Below, in pieces: positions 39,169-52,243 of a stretch of 64,000 nt of DNA. Each line of letters starts with the position of its first letter. Within the stretch, counting starts at the first letter, position 1. The notes beneath the pieces were generated by a model. It saw only the letters and a list, made by a program, of their open reading frames with translations, was not told where the DNA came from and did not search any database. The stretch is from positions 116,126,001 through 116,190,000 of the forward strand of contig NC_042998.1 of assembly GCF_006345805.1 (NCBI RefSeq). Reading direction: 5' to 3'. This stretch comes from Octopus sinensis. Its lineage: Eukaryota. A program made the position numbers and the translations under genes.

Positions 39169-39394
39169 CGCGTGCATGTATGTATATATATATATATATA
39201 TTTATGTGTGCGTGTGTGTGTGCTTCTGTGTATGTAAATGTAATATGTACATAAAGAGAAATGCATACACACACGCACATATATGTGTGTGTATGCATGT
39301 ATGCCGTGTAGCTTTACCTTTACAATAGCAACTGAAAGGTATCGAATAAATAATGAGAAAATTGAAAGCACTATAATTTTTGTATTTTAGGAAA
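38886..39394. repeat. Inverted repeat (~95-bp arms at 38886-38979 and 39300-39394) around a microsatellite spacer
   Basis: tattgtaaaggtaaagctacac vs gtgtagctttacctttacaata; aattatagtgctttcaattttctc vs gagaaaattgaaagcactataatt. Confidence 0.92.
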
Positions 39395-40833
39395 AACATC
39401 TCTCCCTACAAACGTACGTTTATGAATTTATGTTTCACGTTTCCTGTTATGAAACTGTGTGTTGAAGCAGATATTGTTATATTTCAAGATGATCATTTCT
39501 TTTTTCACCAAATAAACACATTCACTATATATTCGTTCTTCACTCATTTATTACTGTGCTTATTTTAACACATGACCGTCTTCCGGAAATATTTTGTCAC
39601 ACATCCGTGACCTCTTCAGTGGCATTTTCCGTCTTTGTGTGTGCTCCTGCCTTGCTTAGTCTATTCTGTTCTATGATGATTATCCTAATTTGCGCATGCG
39701 TTTGAGTCTACATTTCTGTGTATGTATACATGTGTGTGTGTCGTTGTTCTTAATAGCAATATCACCCAAACTTAACCTCAGGCCCCTCCCCCGTTGTCGC
39801 TGTTGCTACCTTTGACCCCGACTTTTGGTACCGCTCCTGCATCTCTCTGTGTTTTTGTGTTCGCCCACGCTTCTGCCATAGTGGTAGTAGTAGTTGTTGC
39901 TACCATTGTTGCAGCTGTTGTTGTTGGCGTTGTTGATGTTGTGACCACTTCTGAAGTTACTGTAGGTGTGTTTCTGTATGAATATGGGTTCACTTATTAT
40001 GTTGTCTGTACCAGTACCTTTTACACTTCTTACTGTGCTTACCTATTTAACTCTATTTCTTATATTTATCATCGGAATGTACATATTTGTCAACTGTGTG
40101 TATTACACTTTTTCTTTTATGCTTTTTTTCTCCCTTCTGTATTTAGTCGTCATGCTGCCTGGTTTGATGGTTGATGTTATTGCCCCATCCGTGTTTTCTA
40201 TTGAGTTTGTGTGTCTATTACTATGTGTAGCCTCTGTAATCTATCTAAGTGCTGTGTCAGCCCTATGCATTGATAATACCATAACATGTATGTTATTAAC
40301 TTAGCCTCTCTGCGTTGCTTGAGCATGTTGGTAGAGTACAAACGAGTCTTTCTCCTATATGCTCCCATATGCTGCGTGCTGTCTGCAATGTAAGAAGTCT
40401 TATTTCTGCACCATCACTCAGTACACCGTAAGCTATACACTATATTCTTAACATTACAGTTACGCTGTGAGTTCATCCTATATATACAATTGTTCCCCAT
40501 ATATGGGAATCTATCGAGTGGATAAGTTCTGCAGATCATGGATTTTGTGGAAACTCCATAATTTTCTGCTACTTTAAGCCGTAATTCAGCCTTGTCTAAT
40601 GCCTTTCTAAAAAAGATCTGTTAGTTCGCCGCCATGGGCAGTATCAACGTACGTGACGCTCTGGTATTTGTGGTTGTCATACTATGAATTGGCCTTATCT
40701 ATCTTTCTGTTTCTTTCTGTGCTGTTCCAAGATTTCCTCTAGTATAGCGGGCAGATCCTCTTTGCATCACTCTATGATGGCTTTGTATTTATCCCAGATT
40801 AATCTTGTCCATTTGGTTGTAGCCAGAGAACTG
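39395..40833 (-). pseudogene. Penelope-like element remnant (GIY-YIG endonuclease region and pLTR)
   Basis: Minus strand NCNVKNIVYSLRCTE...TSYIAD (~40480-40380); downstream hammerhead-like ctgaagaggtcac-ggatgt-gtgac (~39620-39595). Confidence 0.6.
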
Positions 40834-41164
40834 CTTGCATGTGTTTTCCCAATTCTATAGGGTTGCCCATGCATGACACATTCCGCAACACTCACCAAGG
40901 CTGCTATAAGAATTTTGAACTTGGCATCACAAAAGCACAGAGAAATGCAAGATCGTTACCAAAGGTCGGGGTCAAAGGCAGCAAAAAGTTAGCGGGGTAA
41001 GGGGACTGGCGTTAAGGTGGGTGATATTGCTACAATATATATATATATATATATATACATGGTTTAATACATGGACTAATATGCGCACGTAGACATTTAT
41101 CTCTCTTTCATATATATATATATATATATATGAATATATGTATGTATGTATGTATTAAACCATG

Positions 41165-41213
<49 letters not shown>

Positions 41214-41420
41214 TATATATTGTAGCAATATCACCCACCTTAACACCAGTCCCCTTACCCCGCTAACTTTTTGCTGCCTTTGACCCCGACTTTTGGTAAC
41301 GATCTTGCACTCCTCTGTGCTTTTGTGATGCCAAGTTCAAAATTCTTATAGCAGACTTGGTGAGTGTTGCGGAATGTGTCATGCATGGCAACCCTATAGA
41401 ATTGGGAAAACACATGCAAG
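40834..41420. repeat. Near-perfect inverted repeat (~200-bp arms at 40834-41034 and 41221-41420) with a TA-rich spacer
   Basis: Arms are reverse complements with only a handful of substitutions/indels. Confidence 0.96.
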
Positions 41421-41437
41421 GCATTTATCCCTCTTTC

Positions 41438-41522
<85 letters not shown>

Positions 41523-41549
41523 TATGAATATATGTATGTATGTATATAC

Positions 41550-41745
41550 AGTTGGTGATTTTTTTCTCGCGTCTTCCCTTCTTTGGATTTTTCCTTTTCC
41601 TATGTTTCTGACGAAGAGCTCCGCTCGAAACGTTACGCCTTCCTTCTTTCCTTCTTTACTGAGGGTCCAACAATACTATATTTGTTCTACGTCCCTGCGT
41701 TGTTGTTTTTTCTCTTTGTGTTCTCATGTTTCGATTAACTTCATA
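41550..41745 (+). mobile_element. Short Penelope-type element in (TA)n
   Basis: Homologous over its length to 54555-54735; contains the hammerhead core. Confidence 0.75.
41608..41635 (+). ncRNA. Minimal type I hammerhead ribozyme motif
   Basis: CTGACGA-a-GAGC-tcc-GCTC-GAAA-CGTTA: intact catalytic boxes, 4-bp stem II, palindromic AACGTT stem III. Confidence 0.65.
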
Positions 41746-42728
41746 TATATATATATATATACACACACTCGTTATTCCTTGCACTCCAATTAATCGATGT
41801 TTACTTCGTGAAGAGCCTTCATTAAATCCCTGAGTATAAACAAATTATGCATGAGCTGAGCAAGAAATACTTGGATTGAAACACAAATCATTTCATGTCT
41901 ATTTGTGCTCTCGTGGTAAATGTAAAAGAAAATATATTTATAAGCAATACGAAGAGCTATTTCAGGCATTTATACATTTGAAATGAATTGCTCCAAGGGA
42001 AGAATTCTGCATATTAGCTATCTAATTTACTTCAAAGTGATCTAGCTTCTATCCTAGAGATTGCATCTACTTCCGCATAAACTCTCTAAAAACTAAATTT
42101 CTGTTTGTAATTGCCAGTAACATAAAACATCATATTTTAGCCAACCACAGCGTAACCTCTTAAATTTATTGAAATTATCAAAGAGAAATCCGCTTAATTG
42201 ACCAAAGAAAAAATCCTCCTCTAGTTATCTTGAAATTTGTAAGAAAAGTCTCGGAGATACACGGTAATGACTGTGGTTTTTCACTATTCAATTAGACTTT
42301 TTCTCCAGGAAACCATGATTGCAGAAAATATGTTTTGATTCTGCTACACGAAGGATATACACCACACACACACAAACTTACATTTACATAGCCTCACGTG
42401 GTAACAGGCATATATGTGCTAGTATAAATATATGTATGTCTGTGTATGCATGTGTCTGTGTGTGCGAAGGTGTATTTACAATACGTGTTATATATATATA
42501 CACATATATACACATATATATGCCTATCTGTATACACACACACACACACGTATATATATATATATATATATATACACATACATATACATATATACACACA
42601 TATATACATATATATATACACACATATATACATATATATATATACACATATACATACATACACATATACATATATACACATACATATATATATATATATA
42701 TGTGTTTGGCCCCTTGTGGGTAGTAAAA

Positions 42729-42779
<51 letters not shown>

Positions 42780-42953
42780 ACTCTTCTAATATAGGGATAA
42801 AATTGGTTTTCGAAGAAAATATTACCAGTGGCCAGCATATTAAAATACCTTCTAAGGTGAAAATTATAAACAATTATGAATAAGTGCAAAAGTGAAAAAT
42901 AAATAAAATTCTATGCTAATATGCTGAAAAATAGACTTAAGACTTGCCCTTAT

Positions 42954-43022
<69 letters not shown>

Positions 43023-43049
43023 TTATATATGTATTTATATGCCTATATG

Positions 43050-43430
43050 TATATGCCAATGATAACCTTTCATCTCCACATAATTCTACATCCTCGGACA
43101 ATAGTTTCCTATTGATGCATGTACCCAATCTCTCGCTAACTGAATCTATCGAAGGAAACGCCAGCTACTTGGGTGTATGGAGTTATGCTTCACTCTAGAC
43201 GAAAGCAAAGCTATCGGATTGCAAAATACGGGTGCAGCTACAGCAAGCTTATTCGCTCGAACCTTGACCTTATCGCTAATTCAAGTCACCTAACTGACAT
43301 ATACTCAACGACACCGAAGCGATGAAATGCAAACCTGGCTTGTATGATGTCTTCGTCCCCGGGGAACGATTTTGGCTGGACATTATATGAAACGAAACAC
43401 CATCTCTGACAAATTCATTACCTTATGTAC
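43050..43430 (+). pseudogene. Possible highly degraded Penelope-like RT fragment
   Basis: YANDNLSSPHN...P.LSLTES.EGNASYL loosely resembles the YIDDxLSxNN...YP.EL...ASYLD region of Penelope-like RTs. Confidence 0.3.
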
Positions 43431-44829
43431 ATACCAACAGTTACATATACGCACATGCACACGCATATATGTTTGCCCATATATGCACGGTATATATATA
43501 TATATATATATACATATACACACACACATATCTCTCTCTCTCTATATATATATATGGATATATACATAAACACGAGGGGGTGAAGAAAAATTCATAGAGA
43601 TCAAACGTTCCGAGTTGTTTTACAAAGCTTAGAAAAACAGCAGGTCTGATGTAATAAGTGTGTGAGTTTCAGTAGGGATTATATTGAATAAAATCACAAT
43701 TGACTCATCCTCCTGTATTTTCTATTCAGCAACCTTCTCTCTTTCTCTCTCTCTCCCTCTTTCTCACACACACACACACACAAACACATATACAGTCAAT
43801 TAATCGACCAGACTATCGGATATGGTTCAACAACATTGGTCAAAATGCGACATCTTCATATTGGTATAGCCATTGAATGATTCCAACCCACTGGCTAGGC
43901 GGGCAGCCAACCATTCCTCTGGATGAAATGCTAGTCTGTCGCTGAGTTATGCACTTTCAGTTGAATGTAGTGGTGCAATATAAAACGAAGTGTTTTTCTC
44001 AAGAACACAATGCGCCGCCGGTCTGGGCATCTTGCGATTATAAGTGACAAGTAGTAACCACTAGGTCACGCATGTTCACACACACAGACACACAGACACA
44101 AACACACACACAGACACACATATGCACATACAAATGCACACACACACATACCACCACACACAGAGAGACAGACAGACACAGACACACGCACACACACACC
44201 GTTATTCGATTTCTGAAAATATTTAAACAATAATACTATAATAATATGAACTTGATATGAATGAGTTCTTTGGATTTCATTTGTTTGAGAAACGTGCAAT
44301 CTCCAAGCAACGGCGATATTTTAGTTGATCGACATAAGAACAACTGGAAGTATTGATCAAATAAGGGAGTTGAGAGAGGAATTAACTATTTTAGCAAATC
44401 AGTATATTTTGCTGAAGAAAAAGAAATATTGCTTTTAAGAATTTGATACGCTACATATTGGCATTAAATCAATTAATGTTGAAGGGTTAATAGACTAAAG
44501 CAAATAGTTTATTTTTGCATTTGTTTATTGCAGTTCAAGTTTAAGTGGAGGTTATTTACTTGTGTGTACGTGTGTGATTATACACTCATACACATACACA
44601 CACACACATACGCACAGCTATCATATGGACGCACGTTTTGCATTTAGTTACTGAGCTTTCTTCCCAGCTACATAGATCTGGGTTCAGTCCCACTGCGAAG
44701 AACCTTGGGTAACCGAACAATGACATGTGACTTGATTAGACAGAAACGGAAAAAGTCCCGTCTTACACACACAAACACACACGTGCGCGCGCGCACACAC
44801 AATCACACAAACATGCGCAGAAGTTGTTG

Positions 44830-45240
44830 CGTGAGGTGCTGGTGTGGTTGTGTGCTGAGAAGCTTGCTTGCAAACCTCATGGTTCCTTGTTTAGTCCCAG
44901 TGACTGGTGCTTTGGGTTAGGGTCTTCTACTATAGCTCTCGACCGACCAAAGGATTGTGAATGGCTTTGGTAGATGCAAATTGAAAATCTCGTCGTATAT
45001 ATATATATGTGTGTGTATGTGTGTGTGTGTGGTGTGTGTGTGTATATGTGTGTCTGTCCAACTACTGATTGGCATCCGGTGTTTGTCTTTTTTATGTCTC
45101 CGCAAAGTAGCTGTTCGGCAGAATAAGTTCCAGACATAAAAATATATTAAAGAATTCGTACTACTGTCGATTCATTCGACTAGACTTCCCCAAGGCGATG
45201 CCTCAGCACGGCCGTAGTATATTTACTGAAACAAGTGAAA
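44830..45240 (+). mobile_element. Family B SINE
   Basis: Head ggttgtgtgctgagaagcttgct..ttagtcccagtg; tail aaggcgatgcctcagcacggccgtagt..actgaaaca. Confidence 0.75.
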
Positions 45241-45664
45241 ATATGTATAACTCTAGATTTGAGCGGGAAAATTATCATGAAATGACTGTTTCATAACAGT
45301 CGTATCTCCAAAGACATCTTGTTCTAGGAGTCAGACATCGGCACCATTTCTACGCCAGAAGGATATCGGCAAATTCGCTATGATTAGTGATTTTTCACCA
45401 GTCGTACGTAGTGAACGACTGGATGAAATTTATATAGGCAAAAGAGATTGAATGGCACTCATGACATAAAACTACGATACACTCACCCACGAGCATATAT
45501 AAAGTGTGGAGGTGCATAATGTCTCATGTTTCCAAAACTTTGAAATCAAACTCAAATAAAAAACAGCATAGAACAGTTAACAGATTTAAAAACTCAAAAA
45601 TTGCATCGTGATTCTGATAAGGACTTCCAGTGGATTGAGAGGCAATTTTGAATGCTCGATTCAT

Positions 45665-46062
45665 ATACTCTTTTACTTTTTTACATGTTTCAGTCATTTG
45701 ACTACGGCCATGCTGGAGCACCGCCTTTAGTCGAGCAACTCGACCCCGGGACTTATTCTTTGTAAGCCCAGTACTTATTCTATCGGTCTCTTTTGCCGAA
45801 CCGCTAAGTGACGGGGAGGTAAACACACCAGCATCGGTTGTCAAGCAATGCTAGGGGTACAAACAGAGACACACAAACATATTCACACACACATATATAC
45901 GACAGGCTTCTTTCAGTTTCCGTCTACCAAATCCACTCACAAGGCATTGGTCGGCCCGGGGATATAGCAGAAGACACCTGCCCAAGATGCTACGCAGTGG
46001 GACTGAAACCGGAACCATGTGGTTGGTAAACAAGCTACTTACCACACAGCCACTCCTGCGCA
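45665..46062 (-). mobile_element. Family B SINE (best-preserved copy)
   Basis: Minus strand gcgcaggagtggctgtgtggtaag...ggtttcagtcccactgcg...cttgggcaggt...aaggcggtgctccagcatggccgtagtcaaatgactgaaaca. Confidence 0.88.
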
Positions 46063-47177
46063 TATATAATTGTATTCGAAATATTTTAAAAATCTAAAAA
46101 TTTTATATTTGGCGGGGCAAAATAGGTCGTCCACAAATGGAGCAAAAGGCAGAGCACTAACTGGTTAAAAATATGACGAATTGTGGGTGAATGCTGGAAA
46201 CAATCGACAAAAGAACATATGGGAGGCATCCAAATTAGAATGGCCTCGATTTTAAAAATATGAAAAGAGAACAAAAAAAAACTTGGTTAAATCAATCACG
46301 ATATACTCCTCCATATGCCGCAATGGGTCCAGATTAAGCTGTACACTTCTCATAAAAGAACTCTTGGCTAAAAACTTTTCCCTTTGGAATACACTAAGCG
46401 AAAACATAATCATCACTAAGGTTCTAACCAAACTTCGTCCTTCCTTTTTTTGTATATATGCTTCAGAATCTCTAGCAGACTGAGCACTCAGCATCCAATA
46501 TCTCCGAAACATTGAAACTTTCATAGCCGATATTAGTATTTTACACACTGCACGACTTCTTTTATGTCATTTTAGAGCAAGTGACCATCACCCTGTCCAC
46601 TCTTAGATTTTTGTTGCTTTTTTAGTGTTGTCGAAGGTACGACGAAATTGGACTGAACCCAGAAGCATATAATTGAGAAACAATCGTCTTACCATACAAC
46701 AACACTTGCGTCTAAGATAAACATGTTTTTGATGTCTCCTAACATTTACAAATGCTTCAGAAATAACAGTCCATTTCATGTTGTTTTAGGACAAGACTCC
46801 TCAGAGAGACAACTTTGTTATTTATCAAATCTTTTCTATTACAACGAACCAACGTAATTTTTCTTTCAAACGGCTTTTAAACGAGAACAAATAATTCACG
46901 AATGGTAAACATGATATTTCATTTCATAGAAACGATTTTTCATATTTCACTAAGAAAATTATATGGTCTTATATGTTTAGCAAAGTAAATCACGTCTTTT
47001 TGATTTACTGTTTTCTGTGAAACTTTGTTAATATTCTACACTCATGTTCCAGAAGGTTTAAGTATCACTTAATAGATAATTTACTTCAAAATATATAATC
47101 AGTATCCGTCTGAAGATTCTTGAGCGTGATAAAACATACTTACAGTGAGAAAACTAATTTCTCTCTCTCTCTCTCGC

Positions 47178-47240
<63 letters not shown>

Positions 47241-47525
47241 GGTGGTTATCTGCTCCTTCTGCAAAGTCTGACCACCTTCTGTACCTACACCTTAGAAACA
47301 TCATACCATCTGATGTGGCTTTTTAACCAGACAATGTTTTGAAAAGACACCCACTGATTGCATATCCGATTTTGACAACCAAGAGCTGCAGATAAGTTCT
47401 GATTTTTGTGGATCTTAAAATGTCTTTTGAGACCTCCGTTAGATATGCAAAAATTCTGACATGCATTGCATTGAATGGTGTGCAGAAGAAGTGGAGGTTC
47501 GTTTTCCATGGATTCGCAAACGAGA
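47241..47525 (-). pseudogene. LINE 3' end with C2H2 zinc fingers (RTE-like), running into (GA)n
   Basis: CNACQNFCISNGGLKRHFKIH plus a frameshifted second finger (FKTLSG/LKSHIR); terminal ggtggt...accacc stem directly before (GA)n. Confidence 0.5.
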
Positions 47526-47806
47526 TTTCAGATTTTGGCACCAGACCAGCTATTTCGGGGCAGGAGATAAGTCGATTACATCTACTCCAGTAGCCAACTG
47601 GCACTTATTTGATCGATCCCGAAAAAAAAGTAAAGGCAAAATGGCCCTCGGCGGCATCTATCTATCTTTTTATCTATCTATCTATCTATATATGTATGCA
47701 TATACATACACACACACATATATATGCATACATACATACACATACATATATATTAATACTTACATACACACATACATATATAAATATACATGCATACACA
47801 CACACA

Positions 47807-47856
<50 letters not shown>

Positions 47857-47886
47857 CATACATATATATCACCGCTCTCTGTGTGA

Positions 47887-47933
<47 letters not shown>

Positions 47934-48689
47934 TATATTATATTATATTATATCATATTATATCATATTATATTATATTATATCCTGGCTACTGAAATCC
48001 TTACAGCAGACACCGTGTGAGCAACAGTTCGTTTGCTTCCACTACATATTCTGAAAGAGAACACCCACTTCCTCACATATTTCTGTAACTTTTTCTCTGT
48101 CAACAGTCAAATTATTCTGCAATTTCTCTCGGGGAACAATGTATTCTCAGTAAATTCTTCCTTTGTAACACCTGCTCAAGTCAAAGTATAGCCGGTGATA
48201 TAACAAAGAATATAAAACATGCATTTAAAAATGAGGAACATGAAAACATTTACCTATTCAGGAAATTCAACGATAATTATGAAGATAAAGCATCAACTGA
48301 ACAGCCTTTAGGCACTCATTGAATATCAACTGAGTAATAATACATGCGTGTGTGATGGTATTTGTGTGTGAGAGAGGGCGGGAGATACAGATTCATCCAT
48401 AAACACTTGGAAAACACACACAAATAGAATGGGAGTATTACTATCAAACGTTATATTTCTACGATGTTTCTCGAACAAACAGACTGGAGGAAACTAATAG
48501 ACGAGTCAATATACATTTTCACACTTTAAATTGAAATGGATTTTTAGCAAATTTAAAAAGAGAAAATGAAATAGAATTGTCCTTTTCAATTAATGTTTAT
48601 TCCAGAGGTATTTCTGTATTTCTTTCACACATATATTTATATTCGTCAATGTGCGTATGTGCTCGAGTGCTAGTTAGAGATGTCAGAAT

Positions 48690-49006
48690 GATAACGGTAC
48701 CCCAACCACCGTATTCGCCGGACATTGCTCCTTCTGATTATCAATAATTCTGCAGCCTTCAAAATCATTTGGTCGAAGAAATTATGAATTTCGTAGACGA
48801 GGTCAGATCAGTACTGAAAGAATAATTTTCGTCACCGACAAATGAATTTTAGGAAGAGGAACCTTGCAAGTCTACCAGATAGAGAGAAAAGCATTGTAAA
48901 AGATGAAGGAGAGTATATTTTAGATTAAAAAAGGACTTCTTGAAACTTATTTTTGAAAAATTAAAGTTGTATAAAAAAAATGCATTATTTATGGGACGAG
49001 CCAATA
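48690..49006 (+). pseudogene. mariner transposase C-terminal remnant with right terminal inverted repeat
   Basis: PQPPYSPDIAPSDY (mariner YSPDLAPSD motif)...SLQNHL...EGEYILD*; end ttatttatgggacgagccaata followed by TA. Confidence 0.8.
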
Positions 49007-50047
49007 TATACATACATACATACATACACACACATATACACATTCACATAGACATGTATATATGTCTGTGTGTACGTGCGTATACGAAGGTGCGTGTGTG
49101 TGTTTCTTTACATCGTTTTATAGTATTACGTTCCCTTACTTGTTACATGTATGAAGGGTGTATTTGATTTTCTTATTATAGCTTGAAGGCGCTTGAGAGA
49201 GAAGTGAGTGCATGTAGTTTATGACAATTCGTTTGTTTGATCAATGCCTGGAAAAAAAAACGGTGGGTCTTATTCTTTAGCAGGATACAAGTTGCTCATG
49301 TCTACTCAGTTATTGTACGTAGTTGAACACGTTTTAATCCAAAATTGTTTCACAGTACCGGCGTCGTTTCGCAATAGGCTATTCAGTTTCATATACGAAG
49401 TAGGATATTAAACTCCCAGCTAACTGCAGTATTCAGATCACTGCAAGCGAGAGAGTAATGTGTAGTTGAACTTAATGCTCACATAGAGTGTGGTAAGTCT
49501 TTAAATTTAAATAACTGAAACACAATTTCCGTTCATCAATTTCTGTCACAAGGAACGGAGTGTTTCGAATTTATGTATAAGAATATTTAACTAAAATTGC
49601 AAATAGGGTTATCGAAAACAGAACTATAGTTTAGCAAATTAACTTTTACACACTCACCGTAATACCACTGCCACACACACACACACACAAATGCATACAT
49701 TCATACATACATACATACATACATGCATATATATATATATATACATATACATAGGTATACATATACATATATATAAATGTATATACAAACATTCAAATGT
49801 TTATGCATATACATATATGTTTGTGTGTATGTGTGTGTGCGTGTATGCATGTGTGTGCGTGTGCGTGAGAGAGACAGAAAGGCAGAGAGAGTGCACGTTT
49901 GAGTATCATGTATATGCGCAATATTCTGAAAGTTTAAGTGTCACGTTTACGAGAGGAAATAAAATTTGGGATCAGTGTCATACGGTTTATAGTTATATTC
50001 AGAACTTGTGAATTCACGCACGCACACGCACATACACACACACATAC

Positions 50048-50082
<35 letters not shown>

Positions 50083-52026
50083 CATATGGATTATTTGTAT
50101 ATACATGTATCTGTGTTTGTTTGTATGTGTGCATGTAGTATATGTATGTTTGTTTGTGCTCATGTTACTAGTAGTATATTGAGATAGCTATGAATTTTCA
50201 GTTCTTTTACAAACGCAATGTAGTTTTGCTTTGATGAAGCACAATGTTAATATACATGGTAAGGGTAGGTGGGAGCAACAAATGTTGTTGAAATAAGTGT
50301 GAGAATATATATGTACGTAAACAGGTGAGAGAAACTGTATGCAAGATTAAATAAGAGATATTTTTTGTTATCTTACTCATACGGGTATTTCAAGATGTAT
50401 GTGTCAATGTAATTTGAGATGTGTATGCGAAATATGGCTGGATGTTTAAGCATTTTGATTCGCAATCACAGGATCTCAGGTTCGATCTCACTGTTTGGCA
50501 TCTTGAATGAATATTGTCTAAGGCATCAGGTCACCCCATATATTATGAGTGGCATTAAGTTGACAAACTGCATAGTAAACTGTCAGGATGATTGTACCTG
50601 CTCCTTACAAGTTAGTGGATTATGAAATACTTTGCCATGCAGATACTGTATGAGAATTTGTCAGCGAACACGAGTGTGTGGAATACTCAACCAGGAACAC
50701 ATTAATTCAGGAGTAAGCAATTCCATTGTTCGAACCATATTATTCACATGTCGAATGATTGAATTACACCAGCGCCAGTTGAAGGTCTAATCATTGAAAT
50801 CAGAAATTGAGTTGTCAATTTATATTGATAGGTTGCACATAGTCATTTTGTAGCTTGATAGAATTATGTATGATTATATTACTGTAAGTAACTATTTTAT
50901 AGATGATCTAGTAAAAATAATACAGCTTGCGTTTATAATGAATTCCCCAGTCTTAAAACTGTTTGTGCTACTCATTTTGCTCACTGCTGTATTACTACAT
51001 TTCCATTCTTCCCATTATAAATTGAATTACAGGAAATTCACATTTTTGCAAGGTGTACAGTCATTAAAATTCTACATTTACCCGCTAGATCTTGATATAT
51101 TGAACTTGAGTGGAGAAAAGTCACAGCTGTCGATATGATATAATTTTATTATTCATGAAGTGGAGGGGGAGCTAAGTTGGTAATGATTTTCTTTCAATTT
51201 TCTCTAATCGAGCATCATTTTATTAGAAATGGTAACACCTTTCAAAATTGCCAACATAGTGATATGAAATGCTAGTATTTTCTAAGAAAATTCGTTTGAT
51301 ATAATATCTACGAACAACTAATTAAATGTCGTTGCTCCCTTCTGTACCAATTCCAATAACTAACGTGATGCATTTATTGTTTTTAATCTTTGTTAAATGC
51401 CATGAAAATATAACCGATAGTTTACTGATATGGTAACAGTATAACAATTTGAAACATTCAATAAACGGAATTAATTTTTATGAATCCGAAGAATTTTTCC
51501 CTTCACAAGTAATTTATGCACTTGAAAATGCGACGTAACTAACCTTGGAGAGAGAAGTACTAACAACTACTTCAAATGCATCAGCTACTTCAAATGAAGA
51601 TGAAAGAACAAAATATTTCAGCTTAAAGGTGATGTGGAAGAAATATATGTGGCTTTTACAGCAATCATGTGGAAGCTACTTGAAGTAGTACGGAAACCTT
51701 TTACAGAAAATTCATTTTGCACCATTTGGAAGATATCTCCTTAATAGTTCTATAACTTTAGGATAATTTCCCTAAGAAATTCAGTGACAGAATCTGAATA
51801 TTTTACAAAACTATATATATATATATATATATAATTTGTAAACAAACCCAAAGACTGTAAATTACGGAGAAGAGTGACATACATAGGTTCCTTTTAATAG
51901 TAACGATAATCATATATTATTTACAATAATATATGCTCCAAATAAACCTAGAGCGAAAAAAGACTGGCCGAACTACTGGGAATTGAACACGACATCAATG
52001 CATACATGGCTCCGTACGCACCATGG

Positions 52027-52243
52027 TGATGTAGTCTCTTTCATCGGTGTGATGTGGTGTTCTGAAACCAGGTTGTTGACCTTCATGATGTGATTTATAT
52101 TTGAAAATATTTCACAACAGAAGGTCGTGTTCTTCAGGTGGTCCTCACCCAAAATACTTTCAAATTTAGATCACCTCATCATGAAGATCAACAACCTGGT
52201 TTCAGAATACCACAACTCACCGATGATGAAAGAGACTACATCA
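52027..52243. repeat. Inverted duplication (52027-52112 / 52152-52243) at the 5' junction of a Penelope element
   Basis: tgatgtagtctctttcatc...ttctgaaaccaggttgttga..ttcatgatg vs catcatgaa..tcaacaacctggtttcagaa...gatgaaagagactacatca. Confidence 0.9.

Noticed and set aside
43570-43735. mariner-derived MITE (cacgagggg end, GDYIE* remnant); similar weak remnant at 46260-46550
   Set aside because: Only short motif resemblance and no paired TIRs seen.
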